From: Octopus bimaculoides
Lineage: Eukaryota
Reading direction: 5' to 3'
DNA length: 43,243 bases
Assembly (NCBI RefSeq): GCF_001194135.2
Contig: NC_068984.1
Location: 57,839,494 to 57,882,736, forward strand
The translations under genes were made by a program, and so were the position numbers. The notes beneath the pieces are model-generated. The model did no database searches. It saw only the letters and a list, made by a program, of their open reading frames with translations, and was not told the origin of the DNA. Shown here one piece after another: positions 11,417 to 22,488 of the stretch; position 1 is the first letter of the stretch; each line of letters starts with the position of its first letter.

Positions 11417-11987
11417 GGATCTTTTTTAAAACGGGGGCCACATTTTTCATTAACGAAACACTTTGAAACTTGGAACACTGGTAGAATGTGTCATATAAAA
11501 CATCTTTTTCTCTTAGTCTTCTTAAAAAAAAAAAGAAATCCATAAGTTATTCCATGTTAAAGTTGTCATATTTCTGTAATTTCAACCAATCACTGACGTC
11601 CATTCAGCCGATATACATTAAGTGCCGACTACATAAACAAACGATTCTGAAACAATTAACCCTAACCCTAACCCTACGGTTAGGGTTAGGGTTAAAGCAA
11701 ATTTAAAATGAAAAAAGCAAATAAAACGAAGGTATGGAGATTAAATACGCTTTACATCGCTTAATCAGCCAAAGGAGTAAATGTAAACAACTGAATACTT
11801 GTCAGTGATTGGTTGAAATTATCGAAATAAGACAATTTTTTACATGAAATAAATTCGAATACAAAAATATTTTTCTGTTCTATAACACAAAATAGATAAG
11901 TATACGAAGTTTGAAAGTCTTTCCGTACCAAAAACACTACATAAAACATTAATGAAAAATGTGGCCCCCCCGTTTTAAAATAGATTC
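11417..11987. mobile_element. 571-bp non-autonomous TIR DNA transposon with 8-bp TSD and central telomeric hairpin (Merlin-like?)
   Basis: GAATAGTT at 11409-11416 and 11988-11995; TIRs G(G/A)ATCT(T/A)TTTTAAAACGGGGG(GG)CCACATTTTTCATTAA; imperfect IR extends ~190 bp; hairpin at 11656-11695. Confidence 0.85.
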
Positions 11988-12002
11988 GAATAGTTTATTG
12001 TT

Positions 12003-12270
12003 GAGAGAAAAACTGGGCATAAGAGGCATCAGATGTGGCATGCAAGAGAGATGAATGCACTGGTATGGTCATGTGATACGTATGGGTGAGAACAGCTGTG
12101 TAAAAAAGTGCTGACCTCTAACTGTGGAGAGGACTTGTGGAAGAGGTAGACTTAGGAAGACATGGAATGATGTGGTGAAGCATGATCTTCGAATGTTGGG
12201 CTTCACAGAGATGATGACTAGTGACCGAGATCTTTGGCGATATGTTGTACTTGGGAAGACTCATCAAACC
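12003..12270 (+). mobile_element. RTE-clade LINE ORF2 C-terminal remnant
   Basis: REKLGIRGIRCGMQER*MHWYGHVIRM..CGRGRLRKTWNDVVKHDL, a typical RTE C-terminus. Confidence 0.82.
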
Positions 12271-12524
12271 GAATGAAATCGTAGTTATGGTTGTTGCTGG
12301 TGTCATGTAAATGGCACCCATGAAATCATAATTGTGGCTGTTGCTGGTAACATGATTTTCGAATGTTGGGCCTCACAGAGACAATAACAACCGACTGAAA
12401 CCTTTGGCAATATGCTGTGCTTGAGAAGACTTATGAAGCCAATGTCATGTAAATCATAGTATTGTCCATTGCCAGTGTCATGTAAATCAAGTCATAGCAG
12501 TTGCCAGTGTTATGTAAATAGCAC

Positions 12525-12880
12525 CCATGCTACTGGCACGTAAAGAGCATCCATTACACTCTTGGAGTGATTGGTGTTAGGAAGGACATCCAGCTGTAGA
12601 AAGCATGCCAAATCAGACTGAAACCTGATGCAGCTCTTGGACTTACCGGTTCCAGTCAAACCATCTAACCCATGCCAGCATTGAAAATAGATGTTAAATG
12701 ATGATGATGATGATATATCCTCATCGTCGTCATCATTTAACATCCGTTTTCTATGCTGGCATGGATTAGATGACCAAGCTCCACTGTCTGTTTTGGCATG
12801 ATTTTTATGGCTGGATGCCCTTCCTAATGCTAACCACTTTACAGATTGGACTGGGTGCTTTTTATGTGACACTAGTAAGG
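12525..12880. repeat. Tail-to-tail pair of (ATG)n-tailed RTE-type 3' repeats
   Basis: cccatgccagcat..atgttaaatgatgatgatg abuts catcgtcgtcatcatttaacatcc..tgctggcatgg. Confidence 0.8.
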
Positions 12881-13147
12881 TCTGTTTGGCATGGTTTTTT
12901 TCACAGTTGGATGTCATATATATATATATATATATATATAGATAGATATCAGTGGTGCATATTGGTTGTAGTATTGGGTATGTTGCCACACCCAATGTCA
13001 CCAAATTTCAAGCAGGAATAAAACAAAAGTTTTCCATTAGGAGTAAGATTAATATTTATAATGAATTTGCTATTTTTGATGGGTGTGCAGCACATACCTA
13101 GCACATCTTGAATATGTGTCCTTGATATATATATATATATATGTATG

Positions 13148-13185
<38 letters not shown>

Positions 13186-13704
13186 GTGTGTGTGCGTATA
13201 TATAAATTTGGAGTGTAAGGTATGGATTCAGAGAATCATGTGGTTATCACACCAAGCTCCTCTTATGGACTTGTCTAACTGTTCCCACAGTAATCCAATA
13301 CAGAGAAGTGCCAAGCATGCATATTAATGCAAACATGTAAACATAATTTCTTCCACAATTAACACTACATGAAGACGGTTGCAAAACGGCTGTAACCCTA
13401 AGGATGTCATGTGATTATATAAACATATATTCACTTCTCATACCTGCTAACTTTTACAGTGTGTGTGTGTGTGTGTGCATGTGTGTGTGTACATATGTAT
13501 ATATGGTCTTCATAAGAATTTACATCCAAACATAAAATGAGTATGTGGATATAAAATCCACTTCATAACAACATGGTTTTATTTTGAGTTCTATTCCATG
13601 GCATGGCACTTTGGGTGAATATCTTCTGCTTAGCCTCAGACCAACCAATAACTTGTATGTGGAATTGATAGATGGAAACTGTAAAAGAAGGCCCATCGTA
13701 TATA

Positions 13705-13907
13705 TGAGGGGGTGCTGAAAAGTCCCTGGCTTTAGGCGAAAGAAAATACAGGAAGATCAGTTAAGTATGATTTTATTGAACATATTTCTCTCCCAAATTC
13801 ACACATTTATTGCAGCAGTCCTTTAGTTTTTCTAAGCCCTGTAAAAGAGCTTGGAACCAAGCCTTTCGCAATGACCCTAAAGCCAAGAACGTTTCAGCAC
13901 CCCCTCA
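13705..13907. mobile_element. Tc1/mariner MITE
   Basis: TA|TGAGGGGGTGCTGAAAAGTCCCTGGCTTTAGG ... CCTAAAGCCAAGAACGTTTCAGCACCCCCTCA|TA; inserted in a SINE (TA)n tract. Confidence 0.88.
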
Positions 13908-14066
13908 TATATATATGTTCATGTCATACCTGTATAGTTAAGCAGTTCAATCCAGCCATATGGTTTCAGGTTCAGCAATAGCTGAGACAAGAGTATTACA
14001 CAACAGCTGTGGGCCAATCAATGGTTCATCAACGAATTTAGGAAATGGGAACTGCTTGTAAGACCA

Positions 14067-14111
<45 letters not shown>

Positions 14112-14785
14112 TGTGCGTGTGTGTGTGAAAATGCATTTGCATTTGTCTTTAATCACTTGACAACTGGTGTTGCTTGGTTTGCATTCACATAGCCTACTGA
14201 TACAGTAAAAGCGGCTGATAGAATACTAGGCTGGAAATGAGTACTGGGGTTGATTGGTTGACTAAACCAATTAAAGGCAGTGACCATAAATGGTTTACAG
14301 TCCAATGACTGAAATAAAAACAAAGTATAATGCATGTATATGTGTATGTGTGCATATGTATATCAGTGAGTGCATGTGTGTTTATGTGTGTGCACATGAA
14401 TATTTGCAGTCCACATTTCTTCACATCACACTGTTTGAACAAAACAGTGATGTTTACATTCCCAGTAAACAATACCTACTGTAACTCTGAGCTATAAACT
14501 TGAGAGAGAGAGAGAGAGAGATATCTGCCAAGCATAAAGTTCATAGTCTAGTGGCACAAAGCATCCAGTGTAAGCAGTGAAGTGGCTGGCATTAGAATGG
14601 GCATCCAGCCATTGAAGCCATGCCAAAGAAACACTGGAGCACGATGCACTCCTAGGGCCCGTTGGGTCCTGTCAAATCATCTAACTCTGGCTAGCATGGA
14701 ACATGGACATGATGATGATGATGATGATGAAGATATATTTATACATACATTACATTTGAAAATAAAATAATAAAAGTAGCTGCAC

Positions 14786-14920
14786 CTCTTCTTTTGTTAG
14801 AAGTTCAAGTTCATGAATCTGGGGGCTGATCAATTTATCCAAATATAACATGATCTCCTGGAACTGAAGAACACTGAGAACATGTCCTGTTATAGCCATC
14901 ATTCTTGTCAATTCTTTAGG
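14786..14920 (-). CDS. IPO13: IPO13 exon: PKELTRMMAITGHVLSVLQFQEIMLYLDKLISPQIHELELLTKEE
   Basis: ttttttgcag acceptor, GAG|GTGCAG donor, 135 nt; overlaps ORF 14750..14998. Confidence 0.9.
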
Positions 14921-15163
14921 CTGCAAAAAATATTTTAAAACATATTTTAATGTTTTATATGACGCAATTCTATATAGGTATGTGTTGATTAGCATCAAGG
15001 CATTGCAATATCAATGAGAAAATAAGAATTAGAATTTTAAAAATTAATACTTGGAGCAAATTTCATAGGATTATTTTTCACCAGGAGAAGCTTGAAACTA
15101 ATTTTTACAGAATATTTAAGTTTTCACTGTAAAATGTCTCAATAAAAATATTTGAAATCTTAC

Positions 15164-15190
15164 CTTAAGAGTTTTCCTTTCCAGAACATT
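15164..15190 (-). CDS. IPO13: IPO13 27-nt microexon: NVLERKTLK
   Basis: aatttcag acceptor, AAG|GTAAGA donor, phase 0/0; fills the 9-residue gap matching DVLMKQIHK. Confidence 0.82.
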
Positions 15191-16102
15191 CTGAAATTAT
15201 TAAAATTTCAAAAGTGATTTAGTAAAATCTTATAAAATTTCTATGAAAAATGCATATAAGAATGCACAAAACAAAATAATAACAGAAGTTTAATGTTATT
15301 CCAAATTATTCAAAAGGTTAGTATAATTAAATTGCTTAGCAAAAATTAGCAGCAGCTTACAATCTTTCTTTAATAAAGATATAGATTTTTTTTTAAAGCT
15401 TTTATATACATTTTTCCACACTAGGATGGTTTTGTAAATTTGGACATTTGCATATTGCAAGGGAAATGGGTTTCAGAGCTTTATGCGTTTCCTACTGTCA
15501 ACTACTTGATAGTAAAAGCAGTACCTGTAGTCAAACAGGCAGACTGAAGTAAGAAAAGTTATATGCTTTATCCAGAGACAACCACTTCAACTTTAAGGTT
15601 ACTGTGTCATGGTGGTTGTAGTATCTTAATGAGCCTTTACTAATGAGTTACGCATTTTGATGTTATTTGTTGGAGCAGTACTCTAATATGAATTGTACTT
15701 GTGTCTCATACAATGTTATAGGAATGTGTTGTTAAAACTGATATTAATTTTATGTGGAAATTATCAAACCTATGTGAAATGGTGTGAGTTATGAAAGAAA
15801 AGCAGTGTTTTAAACAATGATTTATGCACAGTTTAAACATTTGAAGGTCAACGTCTGAGTAGGAATTCCAGAGAGTTGCAGTCCTAGAGATGAATAATTT
15901 CGTAAAGTGTATAGTGCAGGATCTGGGAGATAAGACACAGTGAGGGTTACAAAAACAAGGTAGAAATAATTAAGGGAGATATGTAAACTGCTAATTCATA
16001 GAGTAGCTATTGTTGTTGTAGTGCTGAAAGAAGATGTAAAGAGGAGATACAACACGTTTGTGAGTTGTAGTGTCTTGATAAGTGAGTTTTTGTTAATTGG
16101 CT

Positions 16103-16472
16103 TGTAGTGACGTCATTTGGCGCCAAAATACAGTCGCCATTACTGCGCTTTCATCCACGCATGCGCAGGGAATAGTTCCGGAAGGAACACAGGAAGAGTC
16201 TCATGCGCATGCGTGGAATTCAACATCTAAACGTTCCTGCTCTTTTCATTCTCTTTCTCGGTCGGCCGGCCATGAGCATGGACGGGTCAAGCTGTCTCTC
16301 CAGCATTCCAACTCTGGGGACAGCTCATTCCAACGTCTCAGCAACCAAGCCTATTTCCTCCATAAATAAATATTGTTGTGTTGATAGTTCAGAGTTCTGC
16401 GTTCCGTTATTATTTAGAATTTAATATAGGAAAGCGGGTGTACACCTAATGGCGTATAACCACTTTCCTATA
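16103..16472 (+). mobile_element. Probable solo LTR (370 bp), CpG-rich
   Basis: GGCT|TGTAG ... CTATA|GGCT: 4-bp TSD, and a TG..TA terminus one change from TG..CA; AATAAA near 16365; GC/CpG-rich relative to flanks. Confidence 0.65.
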
Positions 16473-17399
16473 GGCTAAATAGCTTTCTTTTGATGTTGCC
16501 TTGGATGTAGAGGATAAGCAACAGATCAGGCTCAAGGTATTTTCTGGCACTGAGGAAGAACTCTAGTCTTCTGGATAGCAGTTTTGTCAATGTTTTATGT
16601 GAGGGTTGTATCTTGTGTGTTACTCATGTGTAAGGAGAGCAAGGTCACAAAACTCTCTTTGGTATGCATAGCAACTGTGTTAGGTAAACCTAATGACAAA
16701 TCTCAATAAGTATTTCTGCACAAATTTTCTTGCAAAGAAGTTACTAATAACTGCTAGTTCACATTTTCCACATATCAATTACTTTAACTATTTATTCAAT
16801 AAGCTACTTATTTCAAATCCAGAACAATGAATGATTGAATAATTCAAATCTACTATACATTTTTTTTATTCTATTATTTTGTTGCTAATTAATCAGGAGG
16901 GAAGGGCCACAGTCAATCACATTTGTAAGCCTTCCTAAACTGTTAATGTATTCAATTGGAACATCTATATCTTGACAAATGCAATGAGAACTTTGTAGGA
17001 GTGAATTTTAGAGAGTTTCAGTTCAAACAAGGATGAGTTATCAAAATATTTAGCGCACAATTTGAGACAAAGAAAGAGTGATGAGATGAAGAATGAGAAA
17101 ATTGTCAGGCAGGCTTGAGTGGAGTAAGTAGCATGCTAGTTCATAAAGGCTTGTTGTAGCAATATTAGAACATACAAATATGTTTATGAGCCAGTAATTG
17201 CACTGCTTTGGTAAGTGACTCTTTGTCATTCAACAGAAAGGCTTACTTTTTATGTGGTGTGTGTCAACAGCAGCATTCAAAGATATATGTAGAGTACTTC
17301 AATGTGAATCACACATGAGTTTTGTAGATAGCCACTAATCAAAGCATCTTCAGGTCTTGAAGTGAAAGCTTAGCATTTGTGGTGCAATTGCGGCAATGT

Positions 17400-17403
17400 T
17401 TCA

Positions 17404-17452
<49 letters not shown>

Positions 17453-18060
17453 TTCACATGAGCGATCATCAGAGATTGTGATAAATAGCATAGTAGTAAC
17501 TTTGAGAGTTTTAACCATGTATTGCACCAGATGGGTATAGTGTGGCAATTATGCATTTGTACTGTTAAAAGAGACTAGGTTGTCATATCCCTATTAAAGA
17601 ATGTTGTAGGGTTTATGCTCATAAGGAGATGTTTTGGGATATCTAATCATTAGAGGATGTTTAAGGAAGAAGAATGATATAGTCATTAGATGCTTGAGGT
17701 ATCTATGTTACATGTAGATGATGTATGTGTTGAAGGTTAAGGAGTAGTGAAAGGGGGTATCATCTTCATAAGAATGTATATGATTAGCAGTGAGAGAAAG
17801 TAGATCATCAATGTATAAAAGAAAGTATGCAGGAGACATAGCTAAACATTATGGAATTTGGTTCAAAAGGAGTAACATCTGTACATGTTGTAATGTATCA
17901 TGACAGACATAGCTGAAGGCTTAAATGCTATCAAGGACAACACTTTCAATGAAGCCAGCATATCACTATCTTGAAGGCTTAAGATAGATATTTCTTTTTA
18001 AAACTATCAAAGGCTTGTTTATTTTTAGTAATTTCAAGCGTTTCATTTTAAGAATCATGC
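17400..18060 (-). mobile_element. Highly decayed L2/CR1-group LINE RT remnant
   Basis: Minus-strand LEITKNKQAFD (~18050, compare LDxSKAFD) and SYEDDTPFHYS (~17760, compare YADDT); many stops. Confidence 0.4.
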
Positions 18061-18906
18061 AAAAAGTATTTATGCTCTGCATGTTTGTATACATTGTGGT
18101 TGTCACCCTACTTTCACTCAGTTTGTGCATGACTTCATAAGCATGTAGGATAATGAGAGCTTTTTCTGTCTAATACATCCTCAAATCTGTTAGATATGAA
18201 AAATAAACTGAAATTATTCCCATATTCCTTCACATTCAACGTGAGATATAGTAAATGACACTGAATTGATGTTTACTGCCAGTGATTTAGCAAATTTCAG
18301 AATTTCCTATTTTAAGTATACAATGCAGTGGCATCCATCATTGAGTAAAATTCCTCCCTCAGTCATTCATAGAAGTCTCACTATTAACTAGATAATTGCA
18401 CAAATTTAGGAATTTGTTTCTGTGCTAGTTTTACATGCATTACTTTTCTGCTAAATTCCCTTCCAGTTTAAACATTTAAAATAGTTTTATAAAGCTTTAT
18501 ATAAAAAAGTATGAAATTATATTTTAAAATGTGTTTCATATTTGTATGAATTGAATTCTGTTTTGATTTAGGATATTCACATAAACTACTGACATAAGCA
18601 AAAATCTCTATAGATAGATGTCTTCCTCAGTACAAACTATTCAACTGCAAGAAAAGCAAATTCAGCAAATGAAGGAGCTTCTGCATAAGCTAACGAGGGA
18701 GAGACTCTGTTTTAATTTAATGAAGGAGTTTCTACACAAGCTAGCATGGAAACGTTTGCATAATTACATTACCTGCACAATGCAACAGCCAAATTTCCCT
18801 CAACAAAGTACCTAAATAAATAAATAACAGATATTGTTGAAAATCAGCAAGAGCTGATTTTCAACAAATACTATCAGAAGTCTGGAAAAAACATAAAACA
18901 GCTTAC

Positions 18907-19088
18907 TTGACAAGCAGTTAGAATTTGGGGTGCAAAAGGTGGAAGATGATCTCGAGTTTCTTTTGTAACATCTTTCAAAGCCAAAGAGGCAGGTGTCACA
19001 ACCTCAGGATTCTGTAGGGCTTCAAGTAACATTGGAATTACAGACTGAAGTACATCTGGATTCCAGTTCAACCATTCAGCAAATGAAC
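18907..19088 (-). CDS. IPO13: IPO13 exon: (G)SFAEWLNWNPDVLQSVIPMLLEALQNPEV...LPPFAPQILTACQ
   Basis: ctgtttaag acceptor, GTAAGC donor, 182 nt; overlaps ORF 18874..19071. Confidence 0.95.
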
Positions 19089-20299
19089 CTTAAACAGAAA
19101 GAATTTTTTATTTTGAGATTTAAAAGAAAATATTTTGTTTTCTATTCACATTTTTTCTTTTACTTTCATGTATGTTTTAAAAATTATATTAGACAGAGAG
19201 AGGAAAAATAGTTTTACATTTACACAAATGATCATCTTAAATATAGTAGTATAGTCAATTATGATGAATTAAATTACACAAAAAAATTTATTTTTTAATT
19301 AGTTGTTGTTGCTGCTTGCTTAACCCCAAGAGGACCCTGAACAAGTCTATGATGAAAGGTATTCAAGCTATGATCATCTCAATGTTTATTTTATACATTT
19401 AGTTTTTTTTCTTTGAGATGCTAAAGTGTAATCTGAGGACAATTTCACTGCTGTTTCTAGCTGGTCAAGCAACCGTGTAGAAGCTCCAGTGTTAGCTCAT
19501 TTGGAAAGGCAAGCAGTGTCTATCACTTTTATAAGTCTTCCCAGATTGGTGAGGTTGATGTGATTGAAGTTCAGTTTGAGAACTCCAGAAGATTGCAGCT
19601 CAACAGAGGATAATTCTACTATAGGCACAAGGCCAGGAATTTTGAGAGATAGATAGTTGATTACAGTGACCCCAGTGTTCAACTAATACTTATTTTATTG
19701 ACTCCAAAATGACGAATGGTAAAGTTGAGAGAATAAATAAACACTGTGTCTGTGAACCAGTAGTAGTATTGTGTTGGTGAATGAGTCTTTGCCAGTCAGT
19801 CGAATGTTCATAGTTTAGATGTAATCTAGACTGCTGGTATGTAGTAGCAGTACTGACTAAAATATGTAAGCAATGCTCCAATGTAGGTCCCACTTGAAGT
19901 TTGTTAGCAACCAACCAGTGCTGAAATATCTTCTTGTTTTACAGAAGAAGCTTAGATTTTAGAATATAAATTTTGACAATGTTATACAGGTTTCTTTTTT
20001 CAATTTTCACTTAGTCAAAAGGGAAGGGTAGTATTCATGACCCTTTCCAGGGCCTCTATGACTGGTGTGTGAGAGGGAAGATAGATATTTTCAAACCACT
20101 GGACATTTAACTTCAATGCTCCATTAAAGACACCCAAAGACCAGGTGGTCACGTTAAAGCAGGCAATGAGTTAAGTTTATCATCATCCAAATAGCCAAGA
20201 AGAGATTAGAATTCAGAACACAAAGCGATATGACAGGTTTAATTCCTTAAGCTTGACCTATCAGACAAGATGGTATGATTTATAAATGATACAGTTTAA

Positions 20300-20515
20300 C
20301 CCTTTAGCATTCAAATTATTTTATCAAATGTAATGCTTAATTATTCACATTATTTTGAATTAACCATGCATTATGTTATAACTATAATTTCTCGATGTGA
20401 CTGCTTATTTTGAGAATAACATTGTAAGGTAAGCGTGAGAGGCTGGACCTGGCTGATTTGAACATAAACATGTAGAATATTTGGGCCAGATATGGCCAAT
20501 TTAAATGCTCAAAGG
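20300..20515. mobile_element. piggyBac-type MITE
   Basis: TTAA|CCCTTTAGCATT ... AATGCTCAAAGG|TTGA; related partial copies at ~8835 and ~39375. Confidence 0.72.
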
Positions 20516-20534
20516 TTGATAATTTACTTGTGGG

Positions 20535-20750
20535 TGAAAGCAGTGAGCTGGCAGAAACATTAGCACACTAGGCAAAATGCTTAGTAGTATTTTGTCTGTC
20601 TTTACATTCCGAGTTCAAATTCCGCCAAGGTCAACTTTGTTTTCAGCCTTTCGAGGTCAATAAATTAAGTACCAGTTGCATACTGGGGTCGATCTAATCG
20701 ACTGGCCCCACTCTCCAAAAATGTCAGGCCTTATGCCTAGAGTAGAAAAG
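20535..20750 (+). repeat. tRNA-derived SINE
   Basis: gtgagctggcagaaacattagcac..GAGTTCAAATTCC B box..gtcaactttg..gtaccagttg. Confidence 0.78.
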
Positions 20751-21076
20751 AATTTATTTATGGGGTGAAAATCCTTTTTCTGGCAACAAACTTTCTTTGA
20801 ACCATTTTCTACCAACGGGAGATCACTGGTTCCATTCAGAAACAAACTAAGTAAGAACATATAACTCAAATATCCCTACCAAACTATCAATGTAGTCTAT
20901 TGCTGCATTTAGGTAAAATGAATTACTAGATGATAAGAAAAGAGAATAAACAAGATAATAAAGAAAGGTCATAACCCCCAGATATAGAAATTTAAGATAA
21001 AACTGCAACTTTTGTTTTGTTTTCCTTTTCCTTTTATAGTTTACTTTATACTTTCTTGCATTGTTCCGGCCTTTAA

Positions 21077-22239
21077 CCCTTTCGTTACTATATTTCTGAC
21101 CAAAATACACCCCTCATGAGTTTCAATTAAATTCTAAAATAATCATGAATTTAGACTAGTCTCGTTAAACACCTGTAACTTTTTTATTTATCAAAATATT
21201 AATGTGATATTTGGAACATAATTAAAGAAAGGGTTCTTAATCAATTCTATTGCATAATTTTTGTCTCAAAGTTCTCCACGTACTGGGAGGGGGGGTGTAC
21301 TGCTAGTGTCTCTCACATGTAAATACTGGTTCAGCTTCACGAATCGTACTCGTTCATAATACTGGAAATATATTCATCGCCAAAAGGTTCCTGATCGCGC
21401 CAGTAATTTGTTATTCTGGGTAACTGTCTAATACCCATAATAATATTTATGGCAANNNNNNNNNNNNNNNNNNNNNNNNNNNNNNNNNNNNNNNNNNNNN
21501 NNNNNNNNNNNNNNNNNNNNNNNNNNNNNNNNNNNNNNNNNNNNNNNNNNNNNNNNNNNNNNNNNNNNNNNNNNNNNNNNNNNNNNNNNNNNNNNNNNNN
21601 NNNNNNNNNNNNNNNNNNNNNNNNNNNNNNNNNNNNNNNNNNNNNNNNNNNNNNNNNNNNNNNNNNNNNNNNNNNNNNNNNNNNNNNNNNNNNNNNNNNN
21701 NNNNNNNNNNNNNNNNNNNNNNNNNNNNNNNNNNNNNNNNNNNNNNNNNNNNNNNNNNNNNNNNNNNNNNNNNNNNNNNNNNNNNNNNNNNNNNNNNNNN
21801 NNNNNNNNNNNNNNNNNNNNNNNNNNNNNNNNNNNNNNNNNNNNNNNNNNNNNNNNNNNNNNNNNNNNNNNNNNNNNNNNNNNNNNNNNNNNNNNNGATA
21901 TCTCCATATTTTCTGTTGAAAAACCTTCAAATTCGGAATCACTGCTTGATAGCATGAAACTCCTCTCCATCTTCAAAGTTGAAAAAAATTAACGCCGCAA
22001 AAATGTGGAAAAAAATCTTCCAAAATTCACTGAGTTCAAATATCACGCCAAACAATGTGGGAGACAATAACTCAACTGTTTGCAAAGTGAAATCAGGTGT
22101 TTTAACGAATATACTAACGAGATTTGGGTTCAAATATACATTTAAATAACAATGGGTACGCTCGGCCGGCTACGGCCGGGTTAGTCTTATGAACCAAAAA
22201 TTTTTTTGGCCGGCTACAGCCGGGTTAGTAATGAAAGGG
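21077..22239 (-). mobile_element. Internally deleted piggyBac transposon spanning an assembly gap
   Basis: TTAA at 21073-76 and 22240-43; 14-bp TIRs CCCTTTC(G/A)TTACTA; transposase N-terminus SDSEFEGF, then IMGIRQLPRITNYW..ISSIM and, after a frameshift, RVRFVKLNQYLHVRD. Confidence 0.85.
21456..21896. other. Assembly gap (441 N)
   Basis: Run of N. Confidence 1.
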
Positions 22240-22488
22240 TTAAAGTTACACCACACAATGCTTCACCAAAACTACTCCATAATAAAAAATCTTTGAAATT
22301 CTACTTTCAGTTACAGAACATATTGTGTGATTAATTTCCTATTTTACTATTTTTACTGATGTTCTTCCTTTAAATGTGTGGAACTATTCATGTATTAGAA
22401 CATAAAACATAGATAATAATGAAGTTTATATGAAGTTCATATTTATTACTTTTGTTAATGTTTATCCTCTATTACAAGTATCACTTAC

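Noticed and set aside
21337-21976. Long ORFs of 156-201 aa, and those at 37878-38331
   Set aside because: Their length comes from translating N gaps; only the flanking residues are informative.
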